Positions 26,174-33,592 of a DNA stretch of 64,000 nt are shown here, piece by piece. The notes beneath the pieces were generated by a model. It saw nothing but the letters and a program-made list of their open reading frames with translations. It did not search any database and was not told where the DNA came from. The translations under genes were made by a program, and so were the position numbers. Position 1 is the first letter of the stretch. Every line of letters starts with the position of its first letter. Source of the DNA: Candidatus Woesearchaeota archaeon (GTDB lineage: Archaea; Nanobdellota; Nanobdellia; Pacearchaeales; GW2011-AR1). The DNA is taken from NCBI GenBank assembly GCA_964514585.1, contig CAZETU010000001.1, positions 98,850 through 162,849 of the forward strand. The letters are read 5' to 3'.

Positions 26174-26371
26174 ATGATAATCCCAATAAGATGTTTTAGT
26201 TGCGGAAAACCAATCGCACACTTATATCCAAAATACAAAGAAATGGTCGAATCAGGCAAGACCCAAAAAGAAGCACTAGACGAGTTAGGCATCAAACGAT
26301 ACTGCTGCAGAGCACAAATTCTAGGACAAACAGACACATTAGAATTGATTAATAAATTCAAAAAGTTTTAA
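26174..26371 (+). CDS. rpoN: DNA-directed RNA polymerase subunit N (Rpo10)
   Basis: MIIPIRCFSCGKPIA...YCCRAQIL matches the canonical Rpo10 zinc motif. Confidence 0.9.
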   Translation: MIIPIRCFSCGKPIAHLYPKYKEMVESGKTQKEALDELGIKRYCCRAQILGQTDTLELINKFKKF

Positions 26372-26391
26372 TTATTTTTTTAAATTTTATC

Positions 26392-26841
26392 ATGGGAAAT
26401 ATAAAAGTTATCTCTTGGGATGTATACGGAACTTTAATAGCAACACATTATGATAAATCCACAGATTGCGGGGACATCCCATTAAAACTTAGACCAAGCG
26501 CATTAGAAATTCTAACAGAAATAAAATCAAGACAAATCATTCAATGCACATGCTCAGATGGCCACTTGGAAAATCTAAAAAACAATTTAAGAGAAGCAGG
26601 AATAAATTGGACAGATTTCTTCGACGATTTATACAAAATGGAACCATTCCAACAAAAGGATTTCTCTTACATAATAGAAAATTATAATATTAGACCAGAA
26701 AACCTCTTAGTTGTCGGAGACAATTATGATATAGATATCTCTTTAGCAAAAAGACAAGGTTGCAAAACTTTACACGTCCCAGAAAAAGAAGAGTTCAAAA
26801 AGAATCCATTAGACACATCAAAAATACTAGAATTATTATAA
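26392..26841 (+). CDS. HAD-superfamily hydrolase
   Basis: ISWDVYGTL (motif I variant) and VVGDNYDIDI (motif IV). Confidence 0.6.
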   Translation: MGNIKVISWDVYGTLIATHYDKSTDCGDIPLKLRPSALEILTEIKSRQIIQCTCSDGHLENLKNNLREAGINWTDFFDDLYKMEPFQQKDFSYIIENYNIRPENLLVVGDNYDIDISLAKRQGCKTLHVPEKEEFKKNPLDTSKILELL

Positions 26842-26917
26842 ATAGACAGTTCCGCGTGTTCCCACCAAAGACAGTATGGACACATTAGAACTAGTTAACA
26901 AATTCAAAAAATTCTAA
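26841..26917. repeat. hybrid sequence: diverged copy of the 5S rRNA 3' end fused to a diverged copy of the last 11 codons of rpoN
   Basis: 26841-26883 matches 27494-27536 at 37 of 43 positions. 26884-26917 matches 26338-26371 at 28 of 34 positions. The junction falls at a shared GACAC. Confidence 0.85.
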
Positions 26918-26923
26918 TTATTA

Positions 26924-27289
26924 TTAATGCCAGTCATAAAAACCACTACTTATAACTTTACTAACAAGATGACGCCTAAGCTCACAATCAGGCATTTGCT
27001 CAACCTCTCCATCTCTTATCTGAATGGGCCAACACTGCATTTTTCCTCTTGCATAATAATCAGGTGATTCTCTTAGATGTTTTTTCGCATCTTCAGGAGA
27101 CTTACCAAGACAGAAAGCAGATTCATTACATACATAACATTTATCAGGATTCCCAAAATCATGACGTCTCCTTATGGGAACTTTATAAAGATTCAACTTT
27201 TTATTATCTTTTTCGAAATCAAATTCTCCAATCAATAATCCCAGTATTCCCAGTCCGGCTATTCTATTAAATTGTCTTCTATTCAACAT
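26924..27289 (-). CDS. hypothetical secreted protein with a twin-arginine-like signal
   Basis: The ATG at 27289 gives MLNRRQFNRIAGLGILGLLIG. The body is Cys-containing. Confidence 0.45.
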   Translation of the reverse strand: MLNRRQFNRIAGLGILGLLIGEFDFEKDNKKLNLYKVPIRRRHDFGNPDKCYVCNESAFCLGKSPEDAKKHLRESPDYYARGKMQCWPIQIRDGEVEQMPDCELRRHLVSKVISSGFYDWH

Positions 27290-27432
27290 TAAATTAACAA
27301 GTGAACCAAGTTTATAATAATTATTGAGATAGATTATTATTAAATTTTTCAAATTTTTTCTTTATTCTAATTAATCAGCCGAATAAAGTCAAAAGAAATC
27401 AAATTATCTGCGACAAAGTCGGTAAGTAATTT

Positions 27433-27490
27433 GGAACCTAAAATTCTGCAGAATTTTCCCAATGATTTTTTCACCAGAAAAAATGTTAAT
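27433..27490. repeat. two-hairpin module, copy 2
   Basis: TTTGGAACCTAAAATTCTGCAGAATTTTCCCAATGATTTTTTCACCAGAAAAAATGTTAAT. Ends about 5 nt from the 5S 3' end. Confidence 0.8.
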
Positions 27491-27494
27491 AAAA

Positions 27495-27605
27495 ATAGAC
27501 AGCTCCGTGCGTTCCCATCAAAGACAGTACAGACACGAACATAACAAGCTTAACTTCTGAGTTCGGAACGGGATCAGGTGTAACCAAGTTATTATGGCCG
27601 TCTAA
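27495..27605 (-). rRNA. rrf: 5S ribosomal RNA
   Basis: Minus-strand TAGACGGCCATAATAAC...GATCCCGTTCCGAACTCAGAAGTTAAGC...GGAGCTGTCTA. Helix I forms as TAGACGGC/GCTGTCTA. The conserved CCGAAC...AAGTTAAGC core is present. At about 111 nt it is short, and the ends are approximate. Confidence 0.8.
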
Positions 27606-27623
27606 CATTACATCAAAATTCCA

Positions 27624-27632
27624 TTTTATAAA
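27624..27632 (-). promoter_or_regulatory. TATA box for the 5S rRNA gene (TTTATAAAA on the minus strand)
   Basis: Lies about 20-27 nt upstream of the inferred 5S 5' end. Confidence 0.45.
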
Positions 27633-27738
27633 CTTAACGATTCAAAAAATTCAACGCTCCTGACAGGACTTCACTCACCAGAGGGATGTCAAATGGACGC
27701 GATCACCAGATCACCTACTGGGTGAACCTCAGGTTCAA

Positions 27739-27814
27739 CGCTCCTGACAGGACTTGAACCTGCGACTTCTTCCTTAGGAGGGAAGCACTCTAATCCAAAC
27801 TGAGCTACAGGAGC
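27739..27814 (-). tRNA. tRNA-Arg (anticodon CCT)
   Basis: Acceptor GCTCCTG/CAGGAGC, anticodon arm CTTCC-CTCCTAA-GGAAG, T arm GCAGG-TTCAAGT-CCTGT. 76 nt. Confidence 0.85.
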
Positions 27815-27949
27815 ATAAAACAATCAACAGAAAACTCTTTTTAAAATTAATGAGGGAAGGAGGATTAAAAGTCCTTTACGAACTTTTCAGCAAATCTTTG
27901 ATTTGCGCTTCAAGCTTCTCCGAAGCGCCGGTCGTTCGAATCCGACACA

Positions 27950-28033
27950 TGAGGGAAGGAGGATTCGAACCCCCGTAAGCATAAAGCTAACAGATCTTGA
28001 GTCTGCCCCGTTTGACCACTCCGGCATTCCCTC
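27950..28033 (-). tRNA. tRNA-Leu (anticodon CAA)
   Basis: Acceptor GAGGGAA/TTCCCTC, anticodon arm GCAGA-CTCAAGA-TCTGT, long variable arm, T arm GGGGG-TTCGAAT-CCTCC. Confidence 0.85.
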
Positions 28034-28054
28034 ATAATATAACTCAATAAATTC

Positions 28055-28064
28055 AATATAAAAA
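28055..28064 (-). promoter_or_regulatory. TATA box for tRNA-Leu(CAA) (TTTTTATATT on the minus strand)
   Basis: Lies about 21 nt upstream of the tRNA 5' end. Confidence 0.45.
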
Positions 28065-28167
28065 GTTATTGATAGTTTTCATGAGAAATTATGCGGCGAA
28101 GCCCATGATTTTTTATGAAATAAAAAATAGATAATATCCGAAATTTATTTCCAGAAACTATCCCTAG

Positions 28168-28216
28168 GAATTCTAAAAAATTCCCCTAACGATTTTCACA
28201 CCAGTGAAAATATTAA
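28168..28216. repeat. two-hairpin module, copy 3 (GGAATT..AATTCC, then TTTTCAC-ACCA-GTGAAAA)
   Basis: Same architecture as copies 1 and 2. The second stem has changed on both arms while the ACCA loop is kept. Confidence 0.75.
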
Positions 28217-28341
28217 TTCATCTATGCGCGGCCGTTGATTAGGATCGTTGCGTAGCTTAGGTTTTTGGTTGGGTATTAGGCGAGATAAAAACCTCAGCCT
28301 ATCTTTCCTAAGAATGCTGATTAAGAGCCCGACAAAGCCCC

Positions 28342-29589
28342 TTAAATTGCCTTTGTGGGCGTTTTGTAGCACTTGTTATCTTCTAGTAGCCATTTCCAAA
28401 CTGGCATCAGAATTATTTCCTTGCTTTCAATTTCAAATTTGTCCTCTTGATTATGTGTTAAGATTAGCCCCTGTTTTAGCTTCAATTCATTCATTGCTTC
28501 CAGTAAGCCATTTATTTCCCTATCTCTATTTTCTTTATTAAAATCATAGCAAACCTGAATTGCTTGAATAACTTTTTCTTTCTCTTTAACTATAAAATCA
28601 CATTCTTTGTCTTTTTGAAAATAAAATATTTCTTTGTATTTTTTTCTTAGATTTAGGAATACTTCATTTTCTAGCATTTTCCCTTTATCTTTTGAAAAGG
28701 AAACTGAGTTAGCATAAGAGAGTCCATTATCTATGGAATAGACTTTTTTTGGATTAACTTGCTGTTTTTTGTAGGAGTAGCTAAATTTAGGTATTGTGAA
28801 AATTAAATAAGAATCCTCCAAGTAAGAAATATAGTCTATGATTGTTTGGACTGATTTGACTTCTAACATTTTTTTAAGAGAGTTTGCGGAGAATTCTTTT
28901 CCAACATTACTTAATAAATAAATTGCTAATTTATTTAGTATAGCGGTATTTTTAATCCCAAACCTATTGACTATGTCTCTCATTAAAACATCTCTTAATA
29001 ATTCATGCAAGAGAGTTTCGTCATCATCTTTTAAGAATTCTGGAAATCCTCCTTTGTATAAATAATCTGAATAAGATTTTTCATTTGGTTTCTGCTTGGA
29101 GAATCTTAAAAATTCAGTATAAGAAAATGGAAAGAGCTCGTAGCTTAAGTGTCTTCCAGTAAGTCTTGTCCCAAGTTCTCGGCTTAGAAGTGATGCATTT
29201 GAACCTGTTATCATTACTTTGTTTTTTCTGTCCACTAAATATCTAATGAATTTTTCCCATTTGTCAATATTTTGAATCTCATCAAAAAAGTAAACTCCTC
29301 CAGCGCCATAAATTTCATTAAAAATTTCTTCTGCGATATTGAAATCTGTTAGCTTAAAACCTTCTAGTCTAGGGTCTTCAAGATTTAGATAATAAAAAAC
29401 TTTTTGTCCTTTTAGAATTTGATTCAGAAGGGTGCTCTTTCCGCATCTTCTAATCCCTGCAACAACTAAGGCAAAGGACTTATTCAATTTTATTTCTTCA
29501 GTCTTTTCTCTAGAGATACCTTTTTCAGTTGATTCTACCCATTTTCTTTGTTCTTTTATTACTTTGGTTAGGTCTTCTTTTGTTATCAT
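28342..29589 (-). CDS. AAA-family ATPase (AAA_14 + DUF4143-like architecture)
   Basis: P-loop GIRRCGKSTLL, Walker B VYFFDEIQ, about 415 aa. This family is common in archaea. Confidence 0.7.
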   Translation of the reverse strand: MITKEDLTKVIKEQRKWVESTEKGISREKTEEIKLNKSFALVVAGIRRCGKSTLLNQILKGQKVFYYLNLEDPRLEGFKLTDFNIAEEIFNEIYGAGGVYFFDEIQNIDKWEKFIRYLVDRKNKVMITGSNASLLSRELGTRLTGRHLSYELFPFSYTEFLRFSKQKPNEKSYSDYLYKGGFPEFLKDDDETLLHELLRDVLMRDIVNRFGIKNTAILNKLAIYLLSNVGKEFSANSLKKMLEVKSVQTIIDYISYLEDSYLIFTIPKFSYSYKKQQVNPKKVYSIDNGLSYANSVSFSKDKGKMLENEVFLNLRKKYKEIFYFQKDKECDFIVKEKEKVIQAIQVCYDFNKENRDREINGLLEAMNELKLKQGLILTHNQEDKFEIESKEIILMPVWKWLLEDNKCYKTPTKAI

Positions 29590-29620
29590 GTTTTATATAA
29601 GATATTTAATTTTATAAAGG

Positions 29621-29663
29621 TTTCTATTGGGAATGGAAACTTCTTTCTATTGGGAATGGAAAC
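29621..29663. repeat. two tandem copies of TTTCTATTGGGAATGGAAAC (23-bp period)
   Basis: 29621-29640 and 29644-29663 are identical. Each contains GTTTC...GAAAC dyad symmetry. They lie 30-75 nt upstream of the ATPase start at 29589. Confidence 0.85.
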
Positions 29664-29804
29664 CTTTATGTTAACTCTATCCCCTCCCCTAAGCCCCCCA
29701 CGTCAGTACTATCATACATACATATTATGCCGACTGACTCTTTGGTAATTTTGTTTAATTTTCATCGACGATAAACTCTGTCCTACACCCAAGAAATCGG
29801 AGTC

Positions 29805-30434
29805 CTATTTTTGGGCTTTTTTTGCTAATTTTACTAGCTTATCTAGCCTCGATTTTACATATCTTTTGTCAACTGCATCACCATATTTTTTATATTTTTT
29901 CACCTTATTTCTATCCGTCACAACGAAAAACCACTTATCATAATTTTCCAAAACTTTCAGCTTCTCTTTCATCCTACTAATTTTAGAAAAGATGGAACCC
30001 GTTTCAATTTCAATCGCAAATCTCTTTCCACGAATTTCAAAAACAATATCCGGTTTTTTAGTCACAAATAATTCCGTTTCAATCCCATTCTTTTCTAAGA
30101 ACTCAGAAATATTCTTAGTTAGAAATAGGTGAGTAAAACTTTCATTATGTCTTGGGAGCAAAAGAAAGTCTTCCATTTTCCCATTCAAGAGATTTTTATA
30201 TTTTTTAATTTGATAATCATCATTCAAGAGATATTTGACTTCGTGTTTGGTTATATTTTTCTTATGAAAATATCTTTTATCTGAATCAACTTTTATATTC
30301 ACACTTCTTCGATAGGTTCCAATAGGCAGAGGTTTATATGGTTCTTCATCTTCAGTCTCTTCAGAGTCTAATTCTTCATTTTTATCATCCACAGCATATT
30401 CTAAATTTACTTTCCCAATTTTCTTCTTCGGCAT
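29805..30434 (-). CDS. hypothetical protein with a PD-(D/E)xK-like C-terminal motif
   Basis: KPDIVFEIRGKRFAIEIETGS resembles the restriction-endonuclease fold core. The N-terminus is acidic. The upstream frame stays open (see findings). Confidence 0.45.
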   Translation of the reverse strand: MPKKKIGKVNLEYAVDDKNEELDSEETEDEEPYKPLPIGTYRRSVNIKVDSDKRYFHKKNITKHEVKYLLNDDYQIKKYKNLLNGKMEDFLLLPRHNESFTHLFLTKNISEFLEKNGIETELFVTKKPDIVFEIRGKRFAIEIETGSIFSKISRMKEKLKVLENYDKWFFVVTDRNKVKKYKKYGDAVDKRYVKSRLDKLVKLAKKAQK

Positions 30435-30673
30435 TTTCTTAATCCTTTCTTTTTCCTCAAGTTCCCATTTTTTATAATTTCTACGCGATTTGTAACGGAA
30501 AAATATTAAGAGGATTATTCCAAGAAAAGCAATAGAAAAAATAGTAATAATAAAAATCGGATTAATAATGAAAGAGAATAACTTACTAGGAAATTCTTGA
30601 ATGTTCTTTTTAATTTTTTGAAGTGGTTCTGCAAGAATGACTAAAAGAGCTCCTACGGATAATAAAAATGGAA

Positions 30674-31876
30674 CTAATGCGTCGTCAGAAGTTTCAATCT
30701 TATTGCCTCCTGAATATTTCCATAAACTCGATTAACATCCACCGTTATCGCAACCATCTGCCTTTTCATATTTTCAACCTGAACTTCTAGTAACTCTGAC
30801 CTATTTTCTGATTTTGTAAGTCGCTTTTCTAATTCTGTTTTAGTTACATCAATTAGTAAATCCTCTTCAGAAATTGTATCTCTCATCCCAAGCATTTCAG
30901 AATAATAATGAATCTTGTCAGATTTCTTCCATCCGAATCTGAATTTTAATGCTGATTCGGATTTGTATCTTGGCAACCAATAGCAACAACTGCAATGCCT
31001 AAAATCATACATTGTTAAATCAGAATATTTCTGGCCTGCCAAGCTTTTTTCATCACCAAATAGTTTTTTAGCAACTCTTTTCAAATAACGATTCACGACT
31101 GGCGGACTAAATTTGAACAGATAATCTTCTGTATCTAATTCATTCTCCTTGATGTATCTTTTAACTAATTCGGAACAAATCATCAGCTTAATCCTTCTTC
31201 CGAAAGTTTTGCTTATTTCATCCCGAATGTTCAACTCCTTAAAATCCTTAGACAAATCAGAAACTTTCACATTCATTAATTCAGTTGGAGACCTAATTCC
31301 TGTATCAAATAAAAACATCACAATCGTCTTATATTTTGGGTTGCAGTTTTCGGAGAATAATTTTATTTGCTCTTCATTTAAATAAACCCATTTGGGTTTC
31401 TCTCTAGAAGTATCTAAGTAAGTTGTAATATCTTCAACCTCTTTTCCCGCCTTCCTTGCGACTTTTTGATACCAGTGCCAGAATGCCTTAAACATCTTGA
31501 CAAAGTCTCGTGTCGCCTTATATTCGCGCCCGTCCTGCCGTCTTATCACTCCCTTTCTCATATCAACAAAGAATTGGCAGAGTTGTTGCTCTGTCAATTT
31601 AGTCAAGTCATCAACATCTAAAACTTCTTTAAATTTTCTAGTCAGAAAAGTTAGTCTGAGCCTAATCGTATTAAGTCTTATAAAACTTCTAGCACCTTTT
31701 TTCGAAGATAAGGAAGTGTTGATTCCAAGTTCCATATCAATCAAGTATTGTAGAATTATTGACGAGTTAGCTCTGGAGAGGTCAGGAATGCCCCCTGCTT
31801 CCTTGACTCTATTTTTCCAACGGGTCAGCGACCCTTCGTGGTTATAAGGATCAATCTTCATGGTGTCAGTGTCCAC
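30674..31876 (-). CDS. tyrosine integrase (phage-integrase family)
   Basis: C-terminal catalytic region TGIRSPTEL (Arg), YDFRHCSCCYW (H-x-x-R-type box, as R-H here), KIHYYSEM (Tyr). 400 aa, adjacent to a tRNA. Confidence 0.7.
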   Translation of the reverse strand: MDTDTMKIDPYNHEGSLTRWKNRVKEAGGIPDLSRANSSIILQYLIDMELGINTSLSSKKGARSFIRLNTIRLRLTFLTRKFKEVLDVDDLTKLTEQQLCQFFVDMRKGVIRRQDGREYKATRDFVKMFKAFWHWYQKVARKAGKEVEDITTYLDTSREKPKWVYLNEEQIKLFSENCNPKYKTIVMFLFDTGIRSPTELMNVKVSDLSKDFKELNIRDEISKTFGRRIKLMICSELVKRYIKENELDTEDYLFKFSPPVVNRYLKRVAKKLFGDEKSLAGQKYSDLTMYDFRHCSCCYWLPRYKSESALKFRFGWKKSDKIHYYSEMLGMRDTISEEDLLIDVTKTELEKRLTKSENRSELLEVQVENMKRQMVAITVDVNRVYGNIQEAIRLKLLTTH

Positions 31877-32018
31877 ATGGACGCGTTATTTAATAATTGT
31901 CGAGAACGAAAGAATATAATAGACTGGACAGGACATCTGCTAATTCTTGTTTTTTTCTGTTTCATTTAGTTTATTTCTAAACAAAAAGTAGTCCCACCAA
32001 GATGCCAAAAAGGTAGAA

Positions 32019-32130
32019 TGCGCGGGCGGGGACTCGAACCCCGGTCATTTGGTCTCTTCATTGAAGGCAATAGATATTCCATCAACTAAACATTTGGAAG
32101 CCAAATATTCTGCCACTAAACTACCCACGC
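32019..32130 (-). tRNA. tRNA-Gly (anticodon TCC) with a 41-nt intron after position 37
   Basis: Acceptor GCGTGGG/CCCGCGC, anticodon stem TTTGG/CCAAA separated by 48 nt (a 7-nt loop CTTCCAA plus the intron), T arm CGGGG-TTCGAGT-CCCCG. Confidence 0.8.
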
Positions 32131-32156
32131 ACAAAATAATCATCTAATTCAAGGTT

Positions 32157-32489
32157 TTAAAGTTTATTGTTTTTGAAATGTTTTTTCCGATGACAGTTGG
32201 AACAAAGGGCCTCACACTTATCTAATTCAGACTTTATTCTTTCGATAGAAAATCCATCAGCAACCATTTTAGAAATACCCTCTTCTTTCTTTCCAGTTTT
32301 ATGATGAAAATCAATAGTAGCAGGATGATCTTCTCCACACAAACAACATCGCAAAGAGGATTTATGTTTCCGAAACCACGCCCGAATTTCATTTTTACGC
32401 TTCTTAACATGGGCCTTTTCTGAAGCTTTATTATTCGCATACCACCTACGCCTACAATCCCTTCTTTTTTCTAAATCCCTGTATGGCAT
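32157..32489 (-). CDS. HNH endonuclease
   Basis: CCLCGEDHPATIDFHH...CSNCHRKKH matches the C-x2-C...HH...C-x2-H pattern. Confidence 0.7.
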   Translation of the reverse strand: MPYRDLEKRRDCRRRWYANNKASEKAHVKKRKNEIRAWFRKHKSSLRCCLCGEDHPATIDFHHKTGKKEEGISKMVADGFSIERIKSELDKCEALCSNCHRKKHFKNNKL

Positions 32490-32581
32490 AAAAAATTAAG
32501 GATACCAAACTTTATAATAGTTTGGATTCCCTATCCCCCCTCAACAATTAACTTTAAAACTAAACATTTTCTAACTATATT

Positions 32582-33592
32582 ATGAAATTTGAATCGTGGT
32601 ATGACAAAAATTACAAGAAACTCCTAATAATACCAGCAATACTTCTAGCCTTATCCCTAATATACATAACCGCATTCTACGTCCAAACAGGCGACATCAT
32701 CAACAAAGACGTCTCCCTAACAGGAGGAACAACAATCACAATCCAAACAGATGTATCAGCCCAAGAAATAGAAAATGCAGTATCACAAACACTAACTGAT
32801 TTTGAAGTCAAAACCATATCAGATAATGCAGGAAATCAAATACAATTAATGATTACAGTAGGCGAACAACACTCCGAAGCACTCGAAACAGCCTTAGAAG
32901 AATTTCTCGGCTACGAATTAGCTTCCGAAAATTCATCAAAAGAAACAACAAGTGCATCTCTTTCGGCAGATTTCTACAAACAACTTATCGTCGCAATTCT
33001 CCTAGCATTCTTCTGGATGGCAGCAGTCGTGTTCATAATTTTCTCCAAAGGCAAAAAGGCAAAAACATGGGCAATAATCATAAACATTCTTCTCGGTTTC
33101 TTCATGGGAAACTTTTTCCTCACGATTAACCCAGTAGTGTCCGCAATCATATTCTTAGCATTTGCAACATTTCTAATCCGAATGTACATAAAAAATTCAG
33201 TCCCAGCTTTCGCAGTTATGCTTTCAGCCTTCTCCGACATCGTCATGACATTAGCAATCGTAAATTTCCTCGGAATCAAGCTCTCTACCGCCGGAATTGT
33301 AGCATTCCTTATGCTTATTGGTTACTCAGTTGACACAGACATACTTCTAACAACAAGACTTCTAAAGAAAAAAGAAAGCGTCAACTCAGCACTTTTCGGA
33401 GCATTCAAAACAGGAACAACAATGACAATAACCTCCATCATCGCAATAATAACAGCTCTTATAGTAGTATTCTCATTCGCCTCAGTTCTAAACCAAATCT
33501 TCACAATATTACTTATCGGTCTAAGTCTCGACCTTTTCAACACATGGGTTACCAACGCCTCAATAATTAAATGGTACGTCGAAACGAAATGA
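32582..33592 (+). CDS. secF: protein-export membrane protein SecF
   Basis: N-terminal TM, a periplasmic domain, and a C-terminal five-TM block (GYSVDTDILLTTRLL). Directly followed by secD. Confidence 0.8.
   Translation: MKFESWYDKNYKKLLIIPAILLALSLIYITAFYVQTGDIINKDVSLTGGTTITIQTDVSAQEIENAVSQTLTDFEVKTISDNAGNQIQLMITVGEQHSEALETALEEFLGYELASENSSKETTSASLSADFYKQLIVAILLAFFWMAAVVFIIFSKGKKAKTWAIIINILLGFFMGNFFLTINPVVSAIIFLAFATFLIRMYIKNSVPAFAVMLSAFSDIVMTLAIVNFLGIKLSTAGIVAFLMLIGYSVDTDILLTTRLLKKKESVNSALFGAFKTGTTMTITSIIAIITALIVVFSFASVLNQIFTILLIGLSLDLFNTWVTNASIIKWYVETK

Larger units (their letters stand above)
28224..32027 (-). mobile_element. putative integrated element at the 3' end of tRNA-Gly (AAA ATPase, nuclease-like gene, tyrosine integrase)
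   Basis: The integrase gene starts 143 nt from the tRNA-Gly 3' end. ATGCGCGG at 32018-32025 (spanning the tRNA 3' end) recurs at 28224-28231. Codon usage differs from flanking genes. Boundaries are tentative. Confidence 0.4.

Noticed and set aside
27867-27948. Possible extra tRNA or split-tRNA half in the spacer downstream of tRNA-Leu(CAA), suggested by GGTCGTTCGAATCCGAC and the hairpin GCGCTTC..GAAGCGC
   Set aside because: On neither strand could I form a 5-bp T stem around the TTCGAAT-like loop, or any acceptor stem. No cloverleaf can be drawn.
28248-28541. ORF 28248-28541 (plus)
   Set aside because: It overlaps the 3' end of the well-supported AAA ATPase gene on the opposite strand, and its translation is Leu/Phe/Ser-rich with no motif.
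29621-29663. CRISPR array
   Set aside because: There are only two adjacent 20-nt copies, separated by 3 nt and without spacers. No cas genes and no other repeat-spacer structure occur anywhere in the window.
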